64,000 nucleotides of DNA, from the NCBI GenBank assembly GCA_030647205.1, contig JAUSJO010000003.1, positions 10,602 to 74,601 on the forward strand, given 5' to 3'. Of this stretch, positions 49,397 through 59,334 are shown piece by piece (positions within the stretch are counted from its first letter, which is position 1; each line of letters opens with the position of its first letter). Origin of the DNA: a bacterium. Lineage in GTDB: Bacteria > Patescibacteriota > CPR2 > UBA1875 > JAJYID01. The notes below the pieces were generated by a model, which ran no database searches, was not told the origin of the DNA, and saw only the letters and a list, made by a program, of their open reading frames with translations. The translations under genes were made by a program, and so were the position numbers.

Positions 49397-50219
49397 TTAT
49401 TTTGTACCATCTGATTTTAAATATTTCCCCAAAAGTTTTAAAGCCATCCATAAGGGTAAGGTTTGAGTCTTCAGCATCATCAATCCATGTTACTGGTACC
49501 TCAATGATTTTAAAGTCATATTTTTTTGCGATGACAAGGATTTCTGTATCAAATCCAAAACCAGGTAACGTTTGGAGTGAAAAAAGCTTTTCAGCAGTTT
49601 CTTTTGTATAAGCTTTAAACCCGCACCTGGTGTCGGCGAAGCCCTGCCCCAAAAGTACGACAAACGCCAGGTTGCCTCCACGGGAGATTAGCTGCCGTAG
49701 GCGGCCTTGTTTTTTGACAGTAGTATTGCTTTTTGAGTGACCGTAAATGATTACTTCGAATACTTCTTTTACTGCTCTTCCAAAAGCTCTAAATGTACTA
49801 TTTGTTGCGGGTAAGGGCTTTGAAGTATATCTAGACCCCATCACTACATCATATCCTTCTTTAAAATAAGGAAGCAGCTTATCTATTTCCTTAAACGGAG
49901 TTGATGAGTCAGCATCCATAAACATTCTGATTTCCCCTTTTGCTCTTGCCATACCGGCTTTCACAGCGGCGCCTTTTCCTGTAAAATGCGGGCTTATCTC
50001 TAGATCTTGTTCGTGTAAAACCTGAAGATGATTGATCTTGTCCTTAAAACTTTCAGCTACCTCTGCACTGTGGTCGCTGCTATCTCCGTCTACAAAAACA
50101 ACCTCTGTTTTAAAATCAAACTTCTTAGAATACTCTGCTATATCGGTCATTGTTTTTTTAACCATTTCCGCCTGGTTCTTACATGGGATAATAACTGATA
50201 AATAAATGTTTTCTGCCAC
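49371..50219 (-). CDS. GT2 polyprenol-phosphate glycosyltransferase (Ppm1/ArnC/GtrB-like)
   Basis: 282 aa. LSVIIPCKNQ...VFVDGDSSD...MDADSS are the GT-A DxD-type motifs of dolichyl/undecaprenyl-phosphate sugar synthases. Confidence 0.85.
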   Translation of the reverse strand: MAENIYLSVIIPCKNQAEMVKKTMTDIAEYSKKFDFKTEVVFVDGDSSDHSAEVAESFKDKINHLQVLHEQDLEISPHFTGKGAAVKAGMARAKGEIRMFMDADSSTPFKEIDKLLPYFKEGYDVVMGSRYTSKPLPATNSTFRAFGRAVKEVFEVIIYGHSKSNTTVKKQGRLRQLISRGGNLAFVVLLGQGFADTRCGFKAYTKETAEKLFSLQTLPGFGFDTEILVIAKKYDFKIIEVPVTWIDDAEDSNLTLMDGFKTFGEIFKIRWYKISGKYSNKK

Positions 50220-50221
50220 TT

Positions 50222-51730
50222 TTATTCTCCTTTTAATAAAATGATATCTTGTCCTTTAGACTCTTTAAAGCTTATGTCCTTTAACTCAGATTTTACCTTA
50301 AAAGATTCTCCGGGGGAAGTAATAATGTTTGGTTTTTCATCTTTTTGTATAGATTTTAGATCAGAAAGCAAAAAGATACTATCTTTGTTCTTTATTCTCA
50401 TGACAGAGGCAAGTACGTCCTTATTATACTTAGAATTATATAGATAGACTTTATTCTTTGTTATCTCATCTGAGGTTGGGCTGGTATTATATGTAAATTT
50501 TCTTTCCGGATATTTTGTCCAGGCGAGAAATACTTTTTGAAAGTTATAGCTCAAAGAAAGAGAGAAAAGGAATCCAATCCCCAGAACCATGATAATACGC
50601 GCAAATTTATTAAACGGGAAAGTCTTGAACCATTTGTCGATAACGTATAGCTGTATTCTAGCAGACATTATAAAAATGATGGGTGCTATGTAGATGAAGC
50701 TTCCCAAAGTGAATACACTTTTAAAAATAATAATTAGCGTTAGAATACCAAACCATGTGACAAGAAAGTAAAACTTACGGCGTTTTATCCTCATTACAAT
50801 GTATATAAGGCCAAGGAGAAAAGTTACCAAAATAAACGGATCAAACACTCTGTCCGTCCCGATATTAAACATATACTCTTGCGGAGCAGCATAAACAATC
50901 GAGGATACAAGGTTTCTCGCGTTATCAAGCAGTACATCCGGTTTATAGGTAAAGTTAGATAAAAATTCTTTGGGGCTTGTTACAACTGAGTAGAAAAATG
51001 GCAAAGAAACTATACCCGCAGAGACTATAAAGACAGCCTTCTCTTTAATAAATGAGGTAAAGAAACTTCTGTTTTTTGAATAAAAATAGAACCCAGAAAC
51101 TATAAAGACCAACACCAAAACAAAAGTTATTTCACTTGAGTAAAAACCTAAGCCCAAAAACACTCCGGATAGAAGGAAATATTGCCACATTCTGTACCTG
51201 TAAGCTAGGGTTAGGAAATGTAAAGCAGAGAAAATAATAACAGGGTATAAAACCTCGTGTGAAACACTCCGTGAAAGTAAAATATGAAAACTTGAGATAG
51301 AAAACAAAAAAGTTGCAATATATGCAAGCTTTCTGTTAAACCACTCCTCTGTGAATTTGAAAAATATAAAAATTCCAAGAAGAGATAAAAGGACTGAAAG
51401 CATTCTCATATTTAGTATTGAATAACCAAACATCTTCCCCCAAAAGTTTTGGAGGAGGTAGTAAAGATTAGTACATGCATTACCCCCGATAAAGCTCATC
51501 GGACTGTCCATAGAAAGTATTCTTTTTATATTATCCAGTTCTTGTCCGCTTACACCCAAATCGCCGACTCTGTACATGCGGGCGAGGAATGCAAAAAGCA
51601 AAATAACCCAAAGATATGACCCTTTTAGGAACATATCTTTTATAGTGACCAACAAAGACCAAAAAGACTTTGCTGAAATTTCAGGGAGTTTTGGTTTTGT
51701 AATATTTAGTTTAAGAGAAGGTTTTTTCAT
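50222..51730 (-). CDS. large polytopic membrane protein, putative third GT-C-type glycosyltransferase
   Basis: 502 aa, 10 or more TM helices. Conserved acidic loop (RVGDLGVSGQELDN) after the first TM helix. Membership of the GT-C family is inferred from architecture and context. Confidence 0.45.
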   Translation of the reverse strand: MKKPSLKLNITKPKLPEISAKSFWSLLVTIKDMFLKGSYLWVILLFAFLARMYRVGDLGVSGQELDNIKRILSMDSPMSFIGGNACTNLYYLLQNFWGKMFGYSILNMRMLSVLLSLLGIFIFFKFTEEWFNRKLAYIATFLFSISSFHILLSRSVSHEVLYPVIIFSALHFLTLAYRYRMWQYFLLSGVFLGLGFYSSEITFVLVLVFIVSGFYFYSKNRSFFTSFIKEKAVFIVSAGIVSLPFFYSVVTSPKEFLSNFTYKPDVLLDNARNLVSSIVYAAPQEYMFNIGTDRVFDPFILVTFLLGLIYIVMRIKRRKFYFLVTWFGILTLIIIFKSVFTLGSFIYIAPIIFIMSARIQLYVIDKWFKTFPFNKFARIIMVLGIGFLFSLSLSYNFQKVFLAWTKYPERKFTYNTSPTSDEITKNKVYLYNSKYNKDVLASVMRIKNKDSIFLLSDLKSIQKDEKPNIITSPGESFKVKSELKDISFKESKGQDIILLKGE

Positions 51731-52380
51731 TTTTTCTTTGGTTTCACAAAGACAACCAGTTTATATCCAAGGAAGTTCCAAACCATAGTCAATGCGATGG
51801 CGGCGAAGCCTGCTATGTTAGCCATGATTATAGAGTTAACCCCTGAACGTTTTGCCAAAGTGAGGATCAGACTTGCAACAGAAATGTTAACGATGAATCC
51901 TCCAGCGCTGACTGCCATAAACTTAGCAAACTCCCTTTCCCCTGACTTATTCTTTGCTTTTGATTCAAAAACCCAGTGTTTATTCCAGAAATAAGAGTTA
52001 ATGACTGCCGTAATAAAAGAAATACCCTTAAAACCGATAGAAACAATGAATCCAGTACTTGTACCTGTAGCAAAGATTAAAAGATTAAATATACCCATGT
52101 CAACAAAGGTATTTAGCCCCCCAGTTTCTCCAAATTTGATGATTTGGTAAACGCTCATTGACTTCTTCCCGATGAGCCTAGCTATAAATATCCCAACTGG
52201 ACAGGCAATAAAAATGAAGATCATTATCAGTATTGTTACAAAAGATGGACTTAAATCTAGATGAAGGAAGTTTATAATTTTTTGAGATAGACCGATGTTA
52301 TCGATCATTGTTTTAGATAGCACTGCGGCTAAAGCTCCGAGAAGAAGAGAGGCTTTATAATCTTTTTTTGAATCACCCAT
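51727..52380 (-). CDS. GtrA-family membrane protein (putative lipid-linked sugar flippase) with an N-terminal extension
   Basis: The C-terminal ~125 aa match GtrA (KFGETGGLNTFVDMG...SYFWNKHWVF...NFLGYKLVVF). The N-terminal ~90 aa add two TM helices. Confidence 0.7.
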   Translation of the reverse strand: MGDSKKDYKASLLLGALAAVLSKTMIDNIGLSQKIINFLHLDLSPSFVTILIMIFIFIACPVGIFIARLIGKKSMSVYQIIKFGETGGLNTFVDMGIFNLLIFATGTSTGFIVSIGFKGISFITAVINSYFWNKHWVFESKAKNKSGEREFAKFMAVSAGGFIVNISVASLILTLAKRSGVNSIIMANIAGFAAIALTMVWNFLGYKLVVFVKPKKK

Positions 52381-52468
52381 TTTGTTTTTCCTTTGATAAC
52401 GTTCGACTGAGTTGTCGAGGCTATATTTATAAATAATAATTACATATAAATTCTACCAAAAAGCTTAC

Positions 52469-52541
52469 GTGTAAACAATGAAATTTTCTATAATAGTAAG
52501 GGCCCGCGGTTTCCCGCGGGCCCAGTCTCAAATATTCTTTC
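52469..52541 (-). terminator. terminator module copy A (conserved ~75-nt 3' element)
   Basis: GTAAACAATGAAATTTT, then the hairpin GGGCCCGCGG-tttc-CCGCGGGCCC (52500-52523), then ATATTCTTTCCT. Directly downstream of the 52542-53342 gene. Alignable to copy B. Confidence 0.55.
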
Positions 52542-53342
52542 CTATGCTTTGTTAAGTTCAGAGATGAAGTCCCTGATGATCTCGCCTACTTTGTCGGAGC
52601 TGTCTTTCCCCGGAATGACCTTGATAATGTATTCACCCTCAGTATTAGTTGCCGTTAAACTGAGGCTATCCGTGTGTATTTCCGCGCTGTAGAGAGCGAC
52701 CGGTGGTTCTTTTGGAGCCGCCGATGCCCTAAAGAGCTTCTTTGTTTCCTTGTCGTAAAAAGCAATGATATCCTCAATTTCGGTGCTCAGGGTTTCTCCC
52801 GGCGCTAAAATTACGTCCATGCCTTTCTGAGTAAATGGTTTTGACAGATAGCCATTTACCGAAAAAGCCTGGCTTATTGCTGATGCAATTTGCTGTTTTT
52901 TTAGCTTGAATCTCTTGCTGGTCAAGAGTTCAAACACTTGATCCTGATAGAGCCAAAAACCCTCCCCACGATCCATAATCTGGACTAGTCCGGCAATTTT
53001 ACCCTGTATACTTAAGTCTTTAAGCTGGCTGAGTATATTTTCCGGAAGCAGATCACTTATTTTGAAGTCGCGGTTTAGCACTTTCTTGACAGAAGAGAAC
53101 TGTGGGATTTTAATACCCGATATTATTGCTTCATCGCCCTCCCCGCCTTTAAGTACTAGCCCCTTGACATCGTTGAGATCGTTCTCAGCGTCACCCCATG
53201 TCATATTGTATGGTTCCTGCATAAGCATATTCCTGATTTGACCGATAGTGATGTCCTCGCCATCTGCCTTTGAGAGGTACGCCCTAATTATCAAGGCTCC
53301 TGCGTTTGCTTCTATCCTTTTAATCTGTTTCTTGGCATTCAT
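52542..53342 (-). CDS. hypothetical protein
   Basis: 266-aa ORF followed by terminator module A. No recognisable domain. Confidence 0.45.
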   Translation of the reverse strand: MNAKKQIKRIEANAGALIIRAYLSKADGEDITIGQIRNMLMQEPYNMTWGDAENDLNDVKGLVLKGGEGDEAIISGIKIPQFSSVKKVLNRDFKISDLLPENILSQLKDLSIQGKIAGLVQIMDRGEGFWLYQDQVFELLTSKRFKLKKQQIASAISQAFSVNGYLSKPFTQKGMDVILAPGETLSTEIEDIIAFYDKETKKLFRASAAPKEPPVALYSAEIHTDSLSLTATNTEGEYIIKVIPGKDSSDKVGEIIRDFISELNKA

Positions 53343-53486
53343 TATTAAGACCTCCTGGTCTATGTAGGAAAAATATTTGAGATTTAAAGAGTACTCCCCC
53401 GCGAACGTAGATTATATACAATATTTTATCGTTCGTCAAGGGTGAAATCTCTATTTTGTGGCAGAGCTTTTACTCAAAAGGCGTAT

Positions 53487-53565
53487 GAGTAAACAATAAA
53501 ATTTTTCCTTAAAAAAAGAGGACCCGCGATCTTCCGCGGGTCCACATTTTATATTCTTCACTCCT
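53487..53565 (-). terminator. terminator module copy B
   Basis: GTAAACAATAAAATTTT, then the hairpin GGACCCGCG-atcttc-CGCGGGTCC (53520-53543), then ATATTCTTCACTCCT. Directly downstream of the 53575-54183 gene. Confidence 0.55.
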
Positions 53566-53574
53566 GGAACGTCT

Positions 53575-54183
53575 TTACTCGGCTGCCTCTCTCTTGATAG
53601 TATATCCGGGGATTTCTGTAGGCTCTACCGTAGTGATATCGTTAGCTTTCCATGTAACACGACCAAAATCACAAGTGATCAACCCTTCTTTCTTCGCTTT
53701 CACAAACAGTTCATCAATTTCTAGGCTTCTAAGCCCCTTATTTTTGAGAGAGCGCCGGCAATACATATACTGCATTGTATTGTTCCTCTGGACTGTAAGT
53801 ATCTGCTCCAGGACTTCCATACCATCCGGGACAGGTACTTCTCCCTCAAATAAAGGCCGAGTCACACTTACTCTACGTGAAGCGGTAACTGAATGCTTAA
53901 GCTTGTGTTCGTCATATCCATATTTCTGGATGATATCCTCGTTAAGGTTCCAGAATCTGTCAGAGAACGACACCTGGTGTGTCTTGACAGCAAGTATAAG
54001 TGCATGGACTGCCTCGGCTTCTTTAAGGCCATATTTTGACATCAACAAGTATTTGATTTTTTGGGTTAGAGCGTTGTTGACACCCAAATATCTCAAGGCA
54101 CTTATTGCTTTACCAACAAGCTCCTTCTCATAACTATCAACATAAATGACCCCTATCCCGCATACAGCATCAAAACCGGCCAT
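53575..54183 (-). CDS. hypothetical protein
   Basis: 202-aa ORF followed by terminator module B. No recognisable domain. Confidence 0.45.
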   Translation of the reverse strand: MAGFDAVCGIGVIYVDSYEKELVGKAISALRYLGVNNALTQKIKYLLMSKYGLKEAEAVHALILAVKTHQVSFSDRFWNLNEDIIQKYGYDEHKLKHSVTASRRVSVTRPLFEGEVPVPDGMEVLEQILTVQRNNTMQYMYCRRSLKNKGLRSLEIDELFVKAKKEGLITCDFGRVTWKANDITTVEPTEIPGYTIKREAAE

Positions 54184-54339
54184 ACTATCACATTCCCTTC
54201 ATCTTAGTAGGTTTGAAGAATAATCAAATTTTTATAAAGGAACGCCTCAAAAATCAGAGGTAATAATACCACGTATTAGTTAATTATTCAACAAAATTAT
54301 AAAACGGTAAAGGTCTGAGGCAACTTGCCAGTAGGATTC

Positions 54340-55683
54340 CTATTTTGCTGTTGAGTGCTTTTTGTCCAAACTTCGAAAGGCTGTTTGTTCTTGTTTAAAT
54401 AAGAGTTCAATACTGCCGGTTGGTCCGTTTCTGTGCTTTCGAACGATAATCTCAGCAATACCCTTCTTTTCTGTTTCGGGGTTATACAGATCATCACGAT
54501 AGATAAATAGAACGACATCAGCGTCTTGCTCGATAGAGCCTGACTCTCTAAGATCGGATAGCATCGGGCGTTTGTCCGGTCTTGACTCTAGATTCCTTGA
54601 AAGCTGTGAAAGGGCAATTATCGGTACATTCAACTCTCTCGCCAGACCTTTTAGCGATCTCGATATTTCTGAAATTTCCTGCACCCTGTTTTCCGAGTTC
54701 CTGCCTTGCATCAGCTGGAGATAGTCTACTATTATAAGTCCTAGTCCCTTTTCTGATTGCAGTCTGCGAGCCTTTGTCCTCATTTCCAGAACATTTATTA
54801 GTGGCGAATCATCGATGAAAAATGGCGCTTCAGACAGTGTTGCCATCGCTTTCCCTATTTTCGGAAAGTCGCTATCATCCAGATTTCCCGTCCTAAGCTT
54901 CCAACTGTCAATTTTCGCCTCAGATGCCAAAAGTCTATCTACGAGCTGTTCCTTGCTCATTTCAAGAGAAAATAGTGCTACAGATATCCCCTCACCGCCC
55001 GCTACGTGTTCGGCAATGTTTAGGGCTAATGATGTTTTACCGACAGACGGCCTTGCCGCGATAACTATTAAGTCACTCGGCTGAAGTCCGGCCAAAATAT
55101 TGTCAAGTTCAGGAAACCCTGTCGGCACTCCGCGAAGCTTTTCTTTATCTTTATGAAGATCATCAATTCTTTCAAATGAATCTTCTAAAATACTTTTTAT
55201 TGGGATGAACTTACCTTTTAGGTGTTTTTCGGCAACTTTAAATATTTTCTGTTCTGCTTCATCTAAAACTCTGGAAGTATCATCTTTTTCGTTATATGCC
55301 ATGGAGGCAATGTCGTTTGAGGATTCTATAAGCCTTCTGAGGAGCGCTTTATCAGCGATTATTTTTGCATAATGAACAATGTTTGCCGCAGACGGTACAG
55401 AGTTAACTAGAGTTGAGATATAACCTGCGCCACCAACACCTTCGAGGAGTTGCTTTTCCGTGAGCTTATTTGTGAGAGTAACAAGGTCTATCGGCTGATG
55501 ATGCTCAAAAAGTTCAATCATCATCCCATAAATACGGCGATGAGCTTCTGAATAAAAATCGTCTTCAGTTAAAATATCCGCAACCTTAATGATCGCATCT
55601 TTTTCCAAGAGGATAGATCCCAATACAGAAACCTCCGCTTCCTCATTGTGTGGCGGTATTCTGCCTTCCAATCCTTTTGACAT
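54340..55683 (-). CDS. dnaB: replicative DNA helicase DnaB
   Basis: 447 aa. N-terminal PHNEEAEVSVLGSILL, Walker A ARPSVGKTSLALN, and the RecA-like H1-H4 motifs. Confidence 0.95.
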   Translation of the reverse strand: MSKGLEGRIPPHNEEAEVSVLGSILLEKDAIIKVADILTEDDFYSEAHRRIYGMMIELFEHHQPIDLVTLTNKLTEKQLLEGVGGAGYISTLVNSVPSAANIVHYAKIIADKALLRRLIESSNDIASMAYNEKDDTSRVLDEAEQKIFKVAEKHLKGKFIPIKSILEDSFERIDDLHKDKEKLRGVPTGFPELDNILAGLQPSDLIVIAARPSVGKTSLALNIAEHVAGGEGISVALFSLEMSKEQLVDRLLASEAKIDSWKLRTGNLDDSDFPKIGKAMATLSEAPFFIDDSPLINVLEMRTKARRLQSEKGLGLIIVDYLQLMQGRNSENRVQEISEISRSLKGLARELNVPIIALSQLSRNLESRPDKRPMLSDLRESGSIEQDADVVLFIYRDDLYNPETEKKGIAEIIVRKHRNGPTGSIELLFKQEQTAFRSLDKKHSTAK

Positions 55684-55711
55684 AACTGTCCTTTCTACCC
55701 TCGCCTCAAAA

Positions 55712-57238
55712 CTAACTTACAACTTCTCCACCCAAAACATCCAAAAACTCGTCAATCGTTGTTTCCTTCTCTTGCTTCTTTGGCTTTTCCGTTTCTTTGG
55801 TCTCTTCATCTTTCCTGCTTTTGACCTGCCCTATTTTGCAAATTACTCTATAACTATGCCCGCAAACCTTTGATAGGGCATCTTCAACTATTTTTCTGTT
55901 TTTTCTATCTTCTATCCGTTCTTTATGAAATTTATACGGGAAAACCAGATGGATTTCATCGCCAATGAGTGTCGGTTCTGACTCTCTGACAAATGCATGT
56001 ATTGAGTTATTCTTTGACTTGATCTCAAAAAGCACTTGGTTCCACTTTTCTAATGAATTATCTGAAGTGTTAACTTCCTTTTTCCCGGTTTCTTCAGTTT
56101 GAGTTTCGGATTTTTTCGTTTTATCCTTTTCTTCTAGCTCATCTATATTGATGCTTTTTTTGCTGGTTTTAATATCTTCACCCTGAGTTACTGTGACAGT
56201 AGGAATCGCTCCTTTTAGTCCCATTATCTTTAAAATAGCAACTTCCAGTGACAACTGAGGATATAGTGAAAATCTAAAGTTTCGATTGCACTCGCCCAAA
56301 GTCTCGACCGCATAAACATATTTCTTTGTTAAGCCATCATCACTCAAATCACTCTGGATTTTTCCTCTATACCCGCTCATAAGGCCTTTTGTTAGCTGAC
56401 CAATATCTGCACCTGCTTCAAGCAGCTCTTCTAAAAACTCTAATCCTTCTTTTTTCTGACCATTCTCTATCATTTCTAGTAGTTTTTCTATTTTGCTGAC
56501 GTCAACCATTCCCAGAAGTTCCGCGATATCCGTTTCTGTGATCTCTTTGCTTCCCGCATTCATAGATATCTGGTCAAGGAAAGACACGGCGTCCCTCAAA
56601 CCGCCTTCACTCGCTTTGGCAATAACGGTGACGGCTTTCTTATCTATCTTAATCCCCTCATCTTTTGCTATTTGTTCAATTCTTTTTACTAGCTCGGTCT
56701 CAGAAATTCTTTTGAAGTCGAATCTCTGGCATCTGGAAATAACTGTTGCAGGTATTTTGTGAATTTCAGTTGTCGCCATTATAAATAGTGCATGTTCCGG
56801 TGGTTCCTCTAGTGTCTTTAGGAGCGCATTGAAGGCTTCTTTGGTAAGCATGTGGACTTCATCTATAATAAACACCTTATACTTGAGCTCGCTTGGCGTA
56901 AACTTTACCTTTTCTCTTAAATCGCGTATTTCATCAATCCCGCGGTTTGATGCAGCATCTATCTCAATAATGTCCAGCGCAGTTTGGGTGTTGATAGAGA
57001 CACAAGAAGCGCATTTGTTGCAAGGATTGCCATCTTTGGAGTCCTTGCAGTTCACCGCTTTTGCCATGATACGCGCTACAGAAGTCTTGCCGATACCTCG
57101 AGGGCCGCAAAATATGTAGGCATGAGAAAAATTTGAGGTCTTTACAGCATTTTGTAAAACCCTCATTATGTGTTCCTGACCGCTAATCTCACTGAAACTA
57201 TCCGGCCTATATTTTCTATATAACGCTATCCTCGCCAT
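55712..57238 (-). CDS. dnaX: DNA polymerase III subunits gamma/tau
   Basis: 508 aa. YRKYRP, Walker A GPRGIGKTS, the zinc module CKDSKDGNPCNKCASC, a DExx box and the SRC motif. Confidence 0.95.
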   Translation of the reverse strand: MARIALYRKYRPDSFSEISGQEHIMRVLQNAVKTSNFSHAYIFCGPRGIGKTSVARIMAKAVNCKDSKDGNPCNKCASCVSINTQTALDIIEIDAASNRGIDEIRDLREKVKFTPSELKYKVFIIDEVHMLTKEAFNALLKTLEEPPEHALFIMATTEIHKIPATVISRCQRFDFKRISETELVKRIEQIAKDEGIKIDKKAVTVIAKASEGGLRDAVSFLDQISMNAGSKEITETDIAELLGMVDVSKIEKLLEMIENGQKKEGLEFLEELLEAGADIGQLTKGLMSGYRGKIQSDLSDDGLTKKYVYAVETLGECNRNFRFSLYPQLSLEVAILKIMGLKGAIPTVTVTQGEDIKTSKKSINIDELEEKDKTKKSETQTEETGKKEVNTSDNSLEKWNQVLFEIKSKNNSIHAFVRESEPTLIGDEIHLVFPYKFHKERIEDRKNRKIVEDALSKVCGHSYRVICKIGQVKSRKDEETKETEKPKKQEKETTIDEFLDVLGGEVVS

Positions 57239-57391
57239 CTTTGTATCCTTTCGTAATAAGAATTATAAACCTTATTTCAAGTGAGAGTAACCCCATTTTG
57301 TGTGGCTTGACTGTTTATAACCCACTTTTTATTGTGGACAAGGAAACTTTGTATACTTGTATCTCTTTATATCTAATTTAAAATTGAATTT

Positions 57392-58168
57392 ATGAAACCA
57401 AAAATTATCAAGACTCAAGCTAAGGAAATATTTACCAAGACAAAATTACCCGGTGCTGACTGGGTGATAAATCAGTATGTCGGCTGTGGGCATAACTGCA
57501 GCTACTGTTATGCCAGATTCATTGGTAGATGGAAAGGATATGGTGAGTGGGGCTCTTGGATCGAAGCGAAAATAAATGCTCCGGAACTTGTTAAAGGCAA
57601 GCTCGTAAAAGGTAGGGTATTCATGAGTTCCGTAAGCGATGCCTACCAGCCGATAGAAAAAGAACTAGGTTTAACACGAAAAGTGCTGGAGAATATGGAT
57701 AAAAATACCGACCTGTCCATACTTACAAAGTCGGATCTGGTTTTGAGAGATATAGATATCCTTAAACAATTCAAATCAGTTGATGTTGGTTTTACAATAA
57801 ATTCATTTTCCGGGAAAGAAAAAGAAATATTTGAGCCGGATTCGCCGACTAGCGAAGAAAGAATTAAGGCGATGAAGATGCTAAAAGAAAGTGGCATCAA
57901 AACCTATGCCTTTGTCAGTCCTACAATCCCCGGTTTAATTGATTTGAATAAGGTGATTGACCAAACAAAAGATTATGCAGACTATTACTGGTTTGAGGTT
58001 TTGAACCTAAGGGGTGCCGGAAAGGAATTCTCAGATATTTTAGAGAAAGAATATCCTGAAAGCTATAAAATAATGGGCGATAGAGACTTGTTCACTGAAT
58101 TTTTAAGTGATCTAAAAAGCGTTATCCAAAAATATGGCGTCAAAACGAAAGGTATTGAAATCCACTAA
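57392..58168 (+). CDS. radical SAM protein, SplB/DNA-photolyase-like (COG1533)
   Basis: 258 aa with the CGHNCSYC cluster motif (Cx3Cx2C) near the N-terminus. Confidence 0.8.
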   Translation: MKPKIIKTQAKEIFTKTKLPGADWVINQYVGCGHNCSYCYARFIGRWKGYGEWGSWIEAKINAPELVKGKLVKGRVFMSSVSDAYQPIEKELGLTRKVLENMDKNTDLSILTKSDLVLRDIDILKQFKSVDVGFTINSFSGKEKEIFEPDSPTSEERIKAMKMLKESGIKTYAFVSPTIPGLIDLNKVIDQTKDYADYYWFEVLNLRGAGKEFSDILEKEYPESYKIMGDRDLFTEFLSDLKSVIQKYGVKTKGIEIH

Positions 58169-58174
58169 ACCTTT

Positions 58175-59248
58175 TTATATCTCGAGTTCTTTGATCTCAC
58201 CGCCCTCATCTTTTGCTGTCGGAGACTCTTCACCCAAAGAGTTCTTCTCTCCACTCCCGGCACTTACGGGTTCATCGACAATGGGGCTTGACTGATTTTT
58301 TATATCTGGATGTTCGTCGGTTGGTCCTGCCTTTGGCTGCCCTTCGGTAGCTGCACTTGCCTGAGATGCTTCCTTGATGGTCATGTCTTCAGTGATTTTA
58401 GTTTCTTTATCGTCTGGTTCAGTCTCAGTTATGGTAGGTCTTGTTGGAGTAACCTTTGGTTTTTCTTCTTTTGGAACTTCTTTGGCCGCTTCCTTAATAG
58501 TGCCATCATCATTTCTCTCCGAGAATTGCTCCCTGACCTCTTCTAGGATTTCTTTATTTTCTTCCGGAAGGACAACTTTTTCATCCTCTGTAGTCACTTC
58601 ATCCTTTTTGGGAGAATCTTGAGGAACATCTACTTCCTCTTTGGGCTTTTCTTCTTTTGGCTCTACTGGAGCTGAACTTTGGGGTTTTTCTTCTCTAGGT
58701 TCATCTTTTTCACTTCCATCGTGATCATGGATTATGCTCTCAAGGGCTGCCCATGTACTCTCGGCTTCCGCAGGAACTATGACAGAAGCTTTGGACCCGG
58801 GCTCGCCTTTATAATATGTAACCGATGCGAAAAGCACTTTATAGTTCTTTCCGTCAGCTAAAACCGTATAGTTTCCGTTATCATAAGACAAGGTTCCGAT
58901 CAGATTTTTCCGCTCTATGGGATTTATTTGTTTATAGATAAGGCTGCCATCATCGGCGATAGTCAGCTTTAAGGTGTCTCCCTCAACAAGTTTCGATTTG
59001 GAGGCGTAGTTTGCGGGAACCGGGTACTTTTTGCCATCAGGTGCAACCATTTGTTCCCCATCAAAAACACCTTCTATCACTTTTCCTTCATCTAAAATAG
59101 ACAGATCCTTAGCTGACTCCTTATGGTCAACTTTACCTGTCTTTTTTTCTCCAAGTATATCTAAAAGTAAGTTACGCGCAGAGTGTAGATTTCCTTCTGC
59201 AACATCAAGTAGTTTTTGTATTTGTTTTATCTTTTTATCATCTTCCAT
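58175..59248 (-). CDS. hypothetical protein with an acidic E/K/P-rich disordered C-terminal half
   Basis: 357 aa. N-terminal ~190 aa are globular. The C-terminal ~170 aa are low-complexity EEKPKEE repeats. Confidence 0.5.
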   Translation of the reverse strand: MEDDKKIKQIQKLLDVAEGNLHSARNLLLDILGEKKTGKVDHKESAKDLSILDEGKVIEGVFDGEQMVAPDGKKYPVPANYASKSKLVEGDTLKLTIADDGSLIYKQINPIERKNLIGTLSYDNGNYTVLADGKNYKVLFASVTYYKGEPGSKASVIVPAEAESTWAALESIIHDHDGSEKDEPREEKPQSSAPVEPKEEKPKEEVDVPQDSPKKDEVTTEDEKVVLPEENKEILEEVREQFSERNDDGTIKEAAKEVPKEEKPKVTPTRPTITETEPDDKETKITEDMTIKEASQASAATEGQPKAGPTDEHPDIKNQSSPIVDEPVSAGSGEKNSLGEESPTAKDEGGEIKELEI

Positions 59249-59334
59249 TTTTGTTTTTAACCCTCATTAACTTTGATTTTTATTTTTACCATCTAATAAT
59301 ACAGCTCAAAAAGGCTGCTTGTCAATCTTAAAAA

